Source of the DNA: an uncultured Candidatus Saccharibacteria bacterium
GTDB taxonomy: Bacteria; Patescibacteriota; Minisyncoccia; Phycocordibacterales; UBA918
Direction: 5' to 3'
Assembly: GCA_964638425.1 (NCBI GenBank)
Contig: CAZWYM010000002.1
Coordinates: 2,547 to 66,546 of the forward strand
Length of the DNA stretch: 64,000 nt
Part shown: positions 37,138 through 47,187 of the stretch, piece after piece
Position numbering within the stretch: the stretch's first letter is position 1
How the letters are laid out: every line of letters begins with the position of its first letter
Program-made: the position numbers and the translations under genes
Notes under the pieces: generated by a model
What the model saw: the letters and a program-made list of their open reading frames with translations, nothing else
Told to the model about the DNA's origin: nothing
Database searches by the model: none

Positions 37138-38271
37138 TTATTTTAAAAGTGCATCGATGCCTGGCAAGGTTCGCTTCTCCAAAAATTCAAGCATTGCTCC
37201 GCCTGCGGTTGAGATAAAGCCAAACGAATCTGAAAGTCCGAGTGACTCAATTGCTGCAACGGTGTCGCCTCCGCCAACAATAGAAAACGCGTCACTCTCT
37301 GCAATGAGCTTTGCACACGCTTTTGTTGCTCCATCATATCCCCCCTCATAATTTCCTAATGGACCATTCCAGAGAATCGTCTTCGCACTCTTAATGTACG
37401 GAGCAAGCATCTCAACAGATTGAAGCCCCACATCGAGAATCTTCTCATCTTTTGCAACATCCTCTACTGAAGCTTGCCGTGATGTGTCACCCTTTACCGC
37501 AACAACATCAGTCGGGAATAAAATATTATCTTTTTTAATGAGCGGGCTCTGCGACAAATCAACATCAGAAAGAAGTGATTCTCCAACTTCATATCCCTTT
37601 CCCTTCAAAAAATCATTTGCGAGTGCCCCGCCAATAAATGCATTCGTATACGAATGTGCGTACGCTTCAATAAGCGGAGCCTTTGTCTCAAATTTTGCTC
37701 CTCCCAAAATAAAGAGTGACGGATGTTCTGGAGAAAGAGCTTTTTGCAAACCATTGAACTCTTCCATGAAGGTAATTCCGGCAAAGCTTGGAAGAAATTT
37801 TGAGATACCTACAATTGAAGCGTGCGCTCGGTGTGAAACAGCAAAAGCATCATTTACGAAGAAGTCTGCATACGATGCGAGAGTTTGCGCAAATTTTTCA
37901 TCGTTTAATTCTTCTTCCTTATGTGAACGGACGTTCTCAAGGAGAATTGCTGACCCCTCTTTCATATGGGCAATCTTCCCAAGAACCTCTTCTCCTATTA
38001 CTCCCCCAACGTAGGTCACCGGGATATATTTTTCGAGAGAAGCAAGAAGTGGGAGCGTCGTGTTTTTTGGGTCTCTTCCAACATGGGTAAGGATAATAAC
38101 CCGTGCCCCACGTTCAATAAGGTACTTAATTGTTGGGATAGCGCGAATAACTCTAAAATCATTAGTGACCACCCCATCCTTAATAGGAACATCTAGCGAG
38201 ACCCGAACTAACACACGCATCCCGAAAATGTCGGTAAGCTCCTCCACTGAACGGAGTGTTGGGTTACTCAT
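37138..38271 (-). CDS. pgk: phosphoglycerate kinase
   Basis: 377 aa, PGK family throughout. Overlaps tpiA by 4 nt. Confidence 0.9.
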   Translation of the reverse strand: MSNPTLRSVEELTDIFGMRVLVRVSLDVPIKDGVVTNDFRVIRAIPTIKYLIERGARVIILTHVGRDPKNTTLPLLASLEKYIPVTYVGGVIGEEVLGKIAHMKEGSAILLENVRSHKEEELNDEKFAQTLASYADFFVNDAFAVSHRAHASIVGISKFLPSFAGITFMEEFNGLQKALSPEHPSLFILGGAKFETKAPLIEAYAHSYTNAFIGGALANDFLKGKGYEVGESLLSDVDLSQSPLIKKDNILFPTDVVAVKGDTSRQASVEDVAKDEKILDVGLQSVEMLAPYIKSAKTILWNGPLGNYEGGYDGATKACAKLIAESDAFSIVGGGDTVAAIESLGLSDSFGFISTAGGAMLEFLEKRTLPGIDALLK

Positions 38272-39038
38272 ATATTTTTTACCGATTTTACAATCTGAGT
38301 AAATTCACCAGCTCGAAGGCTCGCTCCCCCAACAAGGAAACCATCAATCATTCCTTGAGAAAATAATTCCCGTGAATTTTTTTCATTCACCGAACCTCCA
38401 TAAATAATACGAACCTTCTGAGCAAAGTTTCTCCCGTACATGTCTGAAAGAACCTTTTCAATAAAGAGTTTCATCTCATGAACATCTTCAGCGGTTGCTG
38501 TGTCCCCGGTTCCAATTGCCCAAATAGGCTCATACGCAATAACAATCTGTGCTAGTTTTGCTTTCGAAATATTTGCGAGCCCCTTTCTGATTTGCATCTC
38601 AATATGCGTGAGGTAGTGTCCTCCAGTATCGCGCTTAATTTCTCCAACACATACTACTCCCGTGAGTCCTGCCTTAATTGTTGCTACAAGCTTTTTATTT
38701 ATGACTTCATCGGTCTCACCATCCCTTCTTCGTTCTGAGTGACCAAGTATTATATGAGTAACACCAAAACTCTGGAGCATTGAATGTGAAATTTCACCAG
38801 TAAAGCTTCCGAGTTTTTCGTAATAGACGTTTTGCGCACCAAGAGCAAATGCGTTCCCGCCATTTCTAATTTTTGCCGCATGCTCAAGATATACATACGG
38901 GGGAGCGACAACTACTTCAACATCGGTAACTTTATTTAAGTGCTTCTTTAAGTCTGTTAAAAGTTTACTGCTCAAGGTCGCTGACTGTGGGTTCATTTTC
39001 CAGTTCCCAATAATGAGCGGTGGTATACCAATTTTCAT
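38268..39038 (-). CDS. tpiA: triosephosphate isomerase
   Basis: 256 aa, TIM family (...AYEPIWAIGTG..., GGASL). Confidence 0.9.
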   Translation of the reverse strand: MKIGIPPLIIGNWKMNPQSATLSSKLLTDLKKHLNKVTDVEVVVAPPYVYLEHAAKIRNGGNAFALGAQNVYYEKLGSFTGEISHSMLQSFGVTHIILGHSERRRDGETDEVINKKLVATIKAGLTGVVCVGEIKRDTGGHYLTHIEMQIRKGLANISKAKLAQIVIAYEPIWAIGTGDTATAEDVHEMKLFIEKVLSDMYGRNFAQKVRIIYGGSVNEKNSRELFSQGMIDGFLVGGASLRAGEFTQIVKSVKNI

Positions 39039-39167
39039 AATACCTTTATTTTATCATGTCAGTACAAAAACCACGATTTGATGGAGTGTGCTCATTCGTC
39101 CAGCGATTTGCCCTGAGGCAGAACAAATCGGGACATACATTCGCAATAGTCGCTACAGTTCCTTTGC

Positions 39168-40625
39168 TTATTCAATCTCGCGCCACTCGATGAATTCGTA
39201 GGTATCAGAAACGGTAGGGGTGAGCGGTGGCGGGTCTGCTACAAGTTTACGGTCGTATGAATTCGTTCGTGTATTAAAACCAGACGTAAAGACTCCTCCA
39301 GAAGTCCATTTCGTCCCCTCACGACCGTTCGAAACAATAGTTCCATTCACGGTAAGCGACGTTCGGGTTACATACGGATCGAGCGCATCGGGCAACCCTT
39401 GATTTCCTCCCGTTGAACTACAGTCATTTGTACAATAGTGATTTCTACCAAATCTACCGTTTTGAGCAACAAAAATCCCATTGAGTGTCAATGTTGCAGG
39501 GACCACAAGTCCCACAAGGACATCTTGTTCAGCAATTGCAAGAAGCCCTGAAGTTGCATTTGCATAGGTGATATTATCGTTGAGGATTATTGACGGACTT
39601 ACTCCTACAGTGTCGACATCTGCTGCTGCGATAGTAACTCTCCCTCTTACGACACCTTCTAGCCATACCTTATCTTCAACAAAGATAATTGAACAACTTG
39701 TTGGTATCACGTAGTTCGCAAGAAACGTACTTGCACTGATGACATGTCGCTCCTGGACCCATCCGGCCTCAGTGGTGTACCCCCAGTATAAAGTTGTCCC
39801 AGTCACTCGATACACATCGATGGTTCCATTTGTTTTAAACACTACTCGATACCCAGATGCACCTGACGGGCCAATGTATTGACCTCCACCTGACTGAGCT
39901 TTTACCTGCATTGCAGAAAGATCAACCGTTAAACCGGTAAAATTTATAGGAGTTGAGGGGAAATTCCAGAAACTACTGTTTGGTCCGCCACCATACACAC
40001 CATCTACGGTTGCTCCGGTTGCTCCAGGTGAACATGATATTGAACCGTCACACACCCAGTTTTCTTGCCCGCTCGTTACCGTTGAAAGGTTGGTACCATC
40101 CATTCGAATGACTCCATTTGAGTGGTACGGACCAATAATGGTTCTGTCAGCGCCTGCCCATACATTTGAATTAATGATATAGGCATACTCTGAAACGGTT
40201 GGTTGTGCGTACCTCCCATACACTGTTCGGGTTATATTAGGATTGTCATAGGTATGTCCTGTTGAGGTGATATCGATTGCGTACGCACTTCCGCATGCCG
40301 TAGAACTCGCTATAGAAAGTGAGAACTCTCCAATGTCTGTCCCCTCAGGATCTGTATATACGTGCACGTATGGACCTGCAGTTGTGGTTCCATTGGTCAC
40401 ATTTCCGGGGTAGTGTGCCAAAAACCACTTATAGTAATCAAGTCCAGCTTCAGCAATGTTGAGCGCTTGCTCTTTACTATATTTTGCTTTGGTAACATGC
40501 GACTGCGTTACCACATAGCCGACAAAGGCTGCAGTCATAGTAAAAAAGATTGCACCAAAGACAAGGACAAGGACAAGAAGATACCCTGATGCTTTCTGTT
40601 GTGTCGTTGGTTCCATACTATTCAT
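39168..40625 (-). CDS. large pilus-associated protein with N-terminal TM (PilX-like, no E+5)
   Basis: 485 aa; N-terminal ...ASGYLLVLVLVFGAIFF. Ends the pilB-pilC-pilin operon and overlaps the upstream prepilin gene by 8 nt. Confidence 0.45.
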   Translation of the reverse strand: MNSMEPTTQQKASGYLLVLVLVFGAIFFTMTAAFVGYVVTQSHVTKAKYSKEQALNIAEAGLDYYKWFLAHYPGNVTNGTTTAGPYVHVYTDPEGTDIGEFSLSIASSTACGSAYAIDITSTGHTYDNPNITRTVYGRYAQPTVSEYAYIINSNVWAGADRTIIGPYHSNGVIRMDGTNLSTVTSGQENWVCDGSISCSPGATGATVDGVYGGGPNSSFWNFPSTPINFTGLTVDLSAMQVKAQSGGGQYIGPSGASGYRVVFKTNGTIDVYRVTGTTLYWGYTTEAGWVQERHVISASTFLANYVIPTSCSIIFVEDKVWLEGVVRGRVTIAAADVDTVGVSPSIILNDNITYANATSGLLAIAEQDVLVGLVVPATLTLNGIFVAQNGRFGRNHYCTNDCSSTGGNQGLPDALDPYVTRTSLTVNGTIVSNGREGTKWTSGGVFTSGFNTRTNSYDRKLVADPPPLTPTVSDTYEFIEWREIE

Positions 40626-41235
40626 TTTTTAAGTTTCGAAGTGACGCACTCGACCGAAGCATGTACTGCCCAGGGTCGCGAATTGGATCTATATTTACAA
40701 TAACACTTACCTGCACGTATCGGATATCAGTCACTGTTGATGTCCCAGTCGCCGGCAAACCATTTTCATCATAGTATACAAAAATAGGAATGTTCTGGAG
40801 TTGATTCTGCACATATTCAGATATAGTCGATGTTGATTCAGGTGTTGAGGTGCTGTATACCGGTGGAGAACCAGTCGCATTAAATATTTTTTTATAGAGC
40901 GTCGTACTCGCAAGTGAGTACTCTACATACTCAACGCTATTATCCCGGTCAATATCACTATAAAAGCCCACTTTATTATTTTGCATAAGGACTAATGGAA
41001 ATGTTCCGCTATCAGAAAATGTCATTTCTCGGAGGTCACGCACCATAAGCTCTGTCCCTCTTCGCGCGTGGTCAATCTGATACGACTGCGCAAGTGTGTA
41101 GGCATTGAGTCGATAAAATGTTGCAATGGTATCAAAGAGTGCAAGCATGATTATGGTAAAAAGTGCCACAATGACGAGTGACTCGACGAGTGAGAAACCT
41201 CTTTGTATATTCATTTTTTGAAAAAGTGAATTCAT
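40618..41235 (-). CDS. type IV prepilin-like minor pilin (205 aa)
   Basis: Class III signal ...QRG|FSLVESLVIVAL with Glu at +5. Confidence 0.6.
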   Translation of the reverse strand: MNSLFQKMNIQRGFSLVESLVIVALFTIIMLALFDTIATFYRLNAYTLAQSYQIDHARRGTELMVRDLREMTFSDSGTFPLVLMQNNKVGFYSDIDRDNSVEYVEYSLASTTLYKKIFNATGSPPVYSTSTPESTSTISEYVQNQLQNIPIFVYYDENGLPATGTSTVTDIRYVQVSVIVNIDPIRDPGQYMLRSSASLRNLKNE

Positions 41236-41239
41236 ATAA

Positions 41240-43000
41240 TTAAGGTTCTACGAGAGTTACGGTGAGTGACTGTGCCCCCTCGATCGCGACTCCTGATATC
41301 GTCTGTGTTGTATAGCCGGAACGACTGACAGTCACATCGTAGTCAGTCGCTGAAGAGAGCCCTGAATTGAAAAATGTCTGACCACACGTGGACGCTGTTT
41401 TTGTTTGGTCATAACCACTGCGGGTTACACGAACACTCGCCCCAGAAACAGGCGCTCCGGTAATATCAACAACACTCACTCGAACGGAGTAGGTTGTTGA
41501 AGGAACAAGTGTCACGGTAAGTGTATCGCTCACAGATGGATTAAGTGAGAACGGATTCGACGGACATGCTTCGTAAATATTGTATGCGCTCGTTCCAAGA
41601 ATAAAGGTATACCCATCCCATTCAAGATCGTTAATCTGACTTAAGCCACTTCCATCAGTAGTATTACTTGCACTATATTTATAAATTGACTCAAGGGCGA
41701 GTGTTGTACCGATTGTCTTAGTTCCCTGCAAAGCAAACGGCACACTCCCAATGCTTGGCTCTGTGATGATGTAGTTAATTCTCCAATCATCAAGTTGTGG
41801 TGAGTTATTTGGATTAGTAGAAGTAAGATTGCCCCGCAAACCGAGTGACGGATACGTTCCAACACTTAATCCAGAGATATCAATAAACGCAGAAGTGAAG
41901 CCTGCGCTATTCCCCGGCAAATCACTATCCGGTACTAAAGTACAAGTGCTTGTTCCTGTAATACTGCACACTTGAACGCTCACTGAAGTACTTGCAAGTA
42001 TAAGCTGTGTCCAGGTAACGGTATCCCAAGACGTAATGACGCTCGGTGTTGTTGAAACGGACTGAACGCTCCCCGCGGGTACATACGAACCAGACCCTCC
42101 GGCAAGAATTGCTTCGTTTGAAAAGAGGACCATGTCTGAAATACTTGCAACCTTATTCGAATTTTGGAATAAGTCTTCAAAGTATCCATCAGTAGAGGGG
42201 CCGATGGTACGAACAAGGAGGTCACTCAATTCATCAATCTGAAAATTCATTGTGGACACGGCCCCTTCAAGTACTGCAACATGAGATGTGGTTGGGTTCG
42301 GGTTACTCGTTGTCGCTGAATACGTCTGGTCAGTTGAGTACCCTGCTTTCGTAACAGTGATTTGATAATTTGCAGCTGCTGGCGCTCCCGAAAACATAAC
42401 GACTCCATCAACATTAGTAAACCGTGAAGTATTAATCGTTGTTGTCGTGGTGTCGTTATAGATATGAACCTCGGCACCAGAAACTGCTTGCACGCTTGCA
42501 TCAAACACATTCACGGTTAATGTTCCCCCTCCTGCAGTTGATTCGACTCCTGTTGGGACAATATTTGATAGGAGGAAAATAGTACTCGTACCGTTTGGTG
42601 TTGGCCATGAATATTCAATCTTCACCTGCTTGTAGTCGGCAACAATTCCATTTGCATCTGACCCTCCAAGACCATCGTCAGGTGAATCAATGTACTGGAT
42701 GAGGACGCGTTCATGAAAGATTACTCCATTAAGTGACGTTGTCGCATTTTGTGGGATAGCCCCGTTAGGAATACCCCCATCTGTTCCTATGGCATCGTAT
42801 GAAAGTGAGCGGATGTATTCGAGTCGCTCATTGGCAAGTGTCACTGCGCTTGTTGATTGTTTCGATGAACTGATGAGTTTTAGTGCGAACTGGACTGAGG
42901 TGAGTAACCCACCAAATACGAGCGCAACGAGCGCTGCGGTTACTACTAATTCGATGAGTGAAAATCCTCCCGTACGTTTTTTGGGATTTCCATACACCAT
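41240..43000 (-). CDS. giant type IV prepilin-like protein (586 aa) with a Thr/Ser-rich globular region
   Basis: ...KRTGG|FSLIELVVTAALVAL prepilin leader with E+5. Confidence 0.6.
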   Translation of the reverse strand: MVYGNPKKRTGGFSLIELVVTAALVALVFGGLLTSVQFALKLISSSKQSTSAVTLANERLEYIRSLSYDAIGTDGGIPNGAIPQNATTSLNGVIFHERVLIQYIDSPDDGLGGSDANGIVADYKQVKIEYSWPTPNGTSTIFLLSNIVPTGVESTAGGGTLTVNVFDASVQAVSGAEVHIYNDTTTTTINTSRFTNVDGVVMFSGAPAAANYQITVTKAGYSTDQTYSATTSNPNPTTSHVAVLEGAVSTMNFQIDELSDLLVRTIGPSTDGYFEDLFQNSNKVASISDMVLFSNEAILAGGSGSYVPAGSVQSVSTTPSVITSWDTVTWTQLILASTSVSVQVCSITGTSTCTLVPDSDLPGNSAGFTSAFIDISGLSVGTYPSLGLRGNLTSTNPNNSPQLDDWRINYIITEPSIGSVPFALQGTKTIGTTLALESIYKYSASNTTDGSGLSQINDLEWDGYTFILGTSAYNIYEACPSNPFSLNPSVSDTLTVTLVPSTTYSVRVSVVDITGAPVSGASVRVTRSGYDQTKTASTCGQTFFNSGLSSATDYDVTVSRSGYTTQTISGVAIEGAQSLTVTLVEP

Positions 43001-43002
43001 AA

Positions 43003-44229
43003 CTAGATACTATCCGATATCGAATAAATAGGAGCTATCATCGCAAGTGCGAAGAATCCCACTCCCGCACCGATGAGCACCATGAGGATAGGTTCAATAA
43101 TCGTCGACAGGTCTTTTGTCTTCTGGTCAATTTCACTCTCATAGAACTGGGCCATCTCTTCGAGCATATGAGAAATTTGCCCTGTTTCTTCCCCTACCGC
43201 AATCATTTCACCCACGAGTACTGGATAAAAATTCGTCCGTTCGATGAAGATTTCTGAAAGCGGTGTTCCTTTTTCAACACGCACGGCTGCCTCACCCAAA
43301 ATATCTTTGTAATATACGTTCTGTATAACGTCTTGTGTGATTTTAATAGAACTAATCACATCAACTCCAGCTTTCAAAAGTGATGAGAGTGAGCGTGCTG
43401 TACGGGCTGCATTTACCTCGCGCACGATAGTTCCAATGACAGGGATGCGCGTAATAGTAAAGTGCGACACTCGCTTCCCAATTTTTGTTCGAAGGATGGC
43501 AGCAATACCTGTTACCGAAATAAAAATTCCAAGAAGAACGAGGATGGAATGTTCACTCATGAAGGTGCTTGTCCAAATGAGAATTTTTGTCGTCATCGGA
43601 AGCTCAATATTCATTTTCGTAAAGGTTCCTGTAATGGAAGGTACGACATAAATCATCATAAGGACGGCAATAATCATCATCACTCCAATAACGATAGATG
43701 GATAAATCATTGCACCCTTAATTTTCTTTTTAAGGGTTGAGTTCCGTTCCATCTGAATACTGAGTGTCTCAAGCGCGCTCGATAGTTGTCCTCCTTCCTC
43801 CCCTGCACGCACCATTGCTACATACAAATCGGAAAAAACTTTCGGGAATGCTGCGAGTGCTTCATTGAAAGGCTTTCCTTTATTAATATCTTCACGCACT
43901 CCTTGCATGATTTCCTTAAGCTTCGGATTTTTTGACTGTCGCTCAATAACCGAGAGTGCTCGTGTGAGCGGGAGGCCTGCCTTCATCATCGATGAAAGGT
44001 TGCGGGTAAAGGTAACAAGCTCATCAGACTTTACCCGACCGAGCATAGAATTAAGCTTCTCAAGTTTAATGAGATTGCTTATCGAAAAACTTTTTGCGTC
44101 GGTAACACTCGAAACGGTATGTCCATTCTTTCGGGCAATCTCGTACACCGCATAGCGATCTACAGCCTCAACGGTTTCAGTAACCTTGACGCCATCTTTG
44201 TTTAATCCTGTGTATGTAAAATTTGCCAT
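43003..44229 (-). CDS. pilC: type IV pilus platform protein PilC/GspF
   Basis: 408 aa, GspF-family polytopic protein. Confidence 0.8.
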   Translation of the reverse strand: MANFTYTGLNKDGVKVTETVEAVDRYAVYEIARKNGHTVSSVTDAKSFSISNLIKLEKLNSMLGRVKSDELVTFTRNLSSMMKAGLPLTRALSVIERQSKNPKLKEIMQGVREDINKGKPFNEALAAFPKVFSDLYVAMVRAGEEGGQLSSALETLSIQMERNSTLKKKIKGAMIYPSIVIGVMMIIAVLMMIYVVPSITGTFTKMNIELPMTTKILIWTSTFMSEHSILVLLGIFISVTGIAAILRTKIGKRVSHFTITRIPVIGTIVREVNAARTARSLSSLLKAGVDVISSIKITQDVIQNVYYKDILGEAAVRVEKGTPLSEIFIERTNFYPVLVGEMIAVGEETGQISHMLEEMAQFYESEIDQKTKDLSTIIEPILMVLIGAGVGFFALAMIAPIYSISDSI

Positions 44230-44249
44230 ATGGTTTTGACGCGCCTTCT

Positions 44250-46001
44250 CTATTCTGAAATGACGCGGAGTACTTCTTCAATACTTGTCTGCCCCAAAGC
44301 AGCCTTATAAATACCATCCTCTGCCATGGTGAGCATGCCCTCTTTCCGTGCCTGCGCCTCAATCGCATCGGCGGTGCCTGATGCGAGAATTATTTCCTTA
44401 ATGGTTGGTGACACGTGGAGCACCTCATGAATACCAATTCGTCCCTTGTAGCCGTCATCTGCATCCGCACCTGATTTTGGGCGATAGAATGGAATGCTAT
44501 TCCATGTCGCATTGCTCTTTACAATATTTTCTTTTTTGAGGTCCTCCAAAATACGCTCGAGGTCAAGGTGTTTTGCGAGGTCATCTCGCTCGTTTTGTGA
44601 AAGTGTATACGCTTCTTTGTCTTCAGTAATCCTGCGGACGAGTCGCTGCCCCACCGCAACCCGAAGTGTCGACACGAGAAGGAATTTTTCAACTCCCATA
44701 TCGAGGAGACGCGCAACCGTTGCTGATGAAGAATTCGTGTGCACCGTCGCGAGTACGTTATGTCCAGTGAGCGCAGCATTGATTGCAAGACTTGCTGTTT
44801 CTTGGTCTCGAATTTCTCCAACCATAATGATGTCTGGGTCTTGGCGCATGAGTGAGCGCAAACCGTTTGCAAAAGAGAACCCAATTTCAGGGCGCACTTG
44901 TGTTTGGTTCACTCGAGGCATCTGATATTCAATCGGGTCTTCGATGGTAGAAATATTTACCTCTGGGGTATTCAAAATATCGAGTACCGTGTAGAGCGTC
45001 GTTGTCTTTCCTGATCCTGTTGGTCCGGTCACTAAAATAATTCCGGTTGTCTGCTTTGTAGCTGCATGAATACGCTCGAGTGCTTGTCCGTGGAAACCAA
45101 GCCCTTCGAGAGTAAATCCCGAGCGCCCTTCACGAAGGAGGCGCATTACAATCTTTTCTCCAAAGAAAATCGGAAGTACTGAAACACGGAAAGAAACTTT
45201 CTGACCATCCATATCCATTTTGAAGCGCCCGTCTTGTGGGAGGCGCTTTTCATCAAGCTTTAGATTTGAGAGAACCTTGATACGCGCAGAAATAGTTGAT
45301 GCAGCATGTTTTGGAAGTGACATTGCATCATGGAGAATACCGTCTATGCGATAGCGAACGAGAAGCTCATTCTCCATTGGCTCAATGTGGATATCGGAAG
45401 CACCTTGAATAATTGCGTGGCGAAGGAGTGTATCAACAATACGTACAACAGGGAGATCTTCAGCCATCTTCTTAAGGTCCTCCTCTGAAGCTTCGTCCCC
45501 ATTTCCCTCTTCGATAATCTTGAGTGCTGATGATTCTTTAACAATCAAATCTCCAAACTCATCTTTAAGTGTTTTTTGGTATTGAAGAAGTGAACTCTTC
45601 ATCGATTCAGAATCAGTGAGTCGTGGGAGAATCTTTAATCCAACCTTCTTTTTAATGAAGTCAATCGCTGGAAGGTCTGCAGTATCGAGCATTGCAACCT
45701 CAAGCGCTCCGTCTGATTTTTTAAAAGCAATAATGTTGTGTGTGCGGGCGACTGGCTCAGGGATGAGAGAGAGAATATCAAATGGAATTTTGATATCTTT
45801 GAGTGAGAGAAATGGAACACCGAGCACGTATGATTCAACTCTTCGCAAATCATCTTCAGAAATAACTCCACTCGAAATGAGCGCCTCTGCAAGCGAGCGT
45901 TTCTCTTCCACCGCAACTATTTCGGCAGCATCAATATCCTTTCTAGATACGAGTCCAGAATCAATAACAAATCGTTTGAGTTGTGTATCTTGTATACGCA
46001 C
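44250..46001 (-). CDS. pilB: type IV pilus assembly ATPase PilB/GspE; apparent GTG start
   Basis: 583 aa; Walker A GPTGSGKTTT. GspE N-terminal domain. Confidence 0.85.
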   Translation of the reverse strand: MRIQDTQLKRFVIDSGLVSRKDIDAAEIVAVEEKRSLAEALISSGVISEDDLRRVESYVLGVPFLSLKDIKIPFDILSLIPEPVARTHNIIAFKKSDGALEVAMLDTADLPAIDFIKKKVGLKILPRLTDSESMKSSLLQYQKTLKDEFGDLIVKESSALKIIEEGNGDEASEEDLKKMAEDLPVVRIVDTLLRHAIIQGASDIHIEPMENELLVRYRIDGILHDAMSLPKHAASTISARIKVLSNLKLDEKRLPQDGRFKMDMDGQKVSFRVSVLPIFFGEKIVMRLLREGRSGFTLEGLGFHGQALERIHAATKQTTGIILVTGPTGSGKTTTLYTVLDILNTPEVNISTIEDPIEYQMPRVNQTQVRPEIGFSFANGLRSLMRQDPDIIMVGEIRDQETASLAINAALTGHNVLATVHTNSSSATVARLLDMGVEKFLLVSTLRVAVGQRLVRRITEDKEAYTLSQNERDDLAKHLDLERILEDLKKENIVKSNATWNSIPFYRPKSGADADDGYKGRIGIHEVLHVSPTIKEIILASGTADAIEAQARKEGMLTMAEDGIYKAALGQTSIEEVLRVISE

Positions 46002-46195
46002 AATAAAATCTCTTTCTGGAGCAATGTAGGCTGTGCGTCGTCTTCCGTAATGTCAAAATGCAACAACTCTCACTTCGAAAAATGCAATTTCATTTTCCTC
46101 TCTCCAAAATGTATACACACAGTATATCATCCACACTCTCGCAATAATATATCGAGATGTTTAGAATAAAATTTTTATAACTCCACAAAAAAAAT

Positions 46196-46226
46196 AAAAC
46201 CCGCAATGCATTGCATTGTGGGTTTT
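46196..46226 (-). terminator. hairpin aaaacccgcaatgc-att-gcattgtgggtttt 3' of the sleB-like gene
   Basis: Near-perfect stem with flanking A/T tracts. Confidence 0.55.
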
Positions 46227-46228
46227 AG

Positions 46229-46768
46229 TTAAGCGCGATCTTTATAAAAAATTTGTCCTTGTGTCAGTGTTTGCACACTCACCGTTGGTACAAGCTTTTT
46301 AAAGTAGGCATTTGGTTTGATCGTTTTTGCGTGGTACGAATGTGCGCCAAATGTCGGATCGTCCCAGACTCCCTTTTTATACTCAAGGAGATACTGATAC
46401 GCCTCCCCATAGATCTCACGGTAGAGCTTTCTATCTTTCGGCTCATTCGGGAGATTATCATCTACCCAGGAAAATAAGTATTTGCCTGAAGACTTACTTT
46501 GCTGATAGACAATAGCTTCTATGGTTTTGGGAAACCTCCTATCTTCAAGCCGATTGAAGACTACTGCTGTTACTGTACGCCAGCCATACTCTTTCTTATC
46601 ATTTGAATTAGCTGGTGGACGAAGCCCCCGAGCTTCATGGTAAATATTGAGGGACAGAACCTCCACATCATTAGGATTTATTTCTACTTCTTCAGTTTTA
46701 CTATAAAAAAACTTAAAAAGTGCTAAAATCACTATGATTAAAGCTATTCTTGTCTTAAAAGACTTCAT
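46229..46768 (-). CDS. cell-wall hydrolase SleB-family (Hydrolase_2) protein with signal peptide
   Basis: NIYHEARGL...AVVFNRLEDRRFPKTIEAIVYQ matches the IYfEARGE...VaqVilNRv..fP motif. Confidence 0.65.
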   Translation of the reverse strand: MKSFKTRIALIIVILALFKFFYSKTEEVEINPNDVEVLSLNIYHEARGLRPPANSNDKKEYGWRTVTAVVFNRLEDRRFPKTIEAIVYQQSKSSGKYLFSWVDDNLPNEPKDRKLYREIYGEAYQYLLEYKKGVWDDPTFGAHSYHAKTIKPNAYFKKLVPTVSVQTLTQGQIFYKDRA

Positions 46769-47187
46769 TTTTCACCTCTCAAAGAACAATAATGTCAATA
46801 TTATATCATTATTCCTAGTACTGTCAATTATATTACTTATTATACGTTGTATTTGCTCAAAATTGGGCGAAAAAGTACGCATTCTGCTCAATTTCTGGGT
46901 GTTTTGACATTTCCCAAAATCTACATATACTATAATATATGACTGAACGTCGGCTTTACCAGCCGGCATTTTTTAATTCAAAAAAGGCAACACGCCCTAT
47001 TTTGATTGAAACAGCATATATATTAGTAGCCATAATTGAGGAATACCTCAAAATATTGGCGAGCCGTGGATTTAGGTGCAGTTCAAGACGAAACAAGATT
47101 TTTGTACGAGCCTTACTCATTGTAAGGTGAGAAAGAAATCGAAGTTTCACCGCAGAAATGCGCTAAACGCACGACTCGCCCCTGATT

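Noticed and set aside
36963-37217. 84-aa ORF between NUDIX and pgk
   Set aside because: No SD. It overlaps the pgk 3' end and terminator region and has an R1-like fragment.
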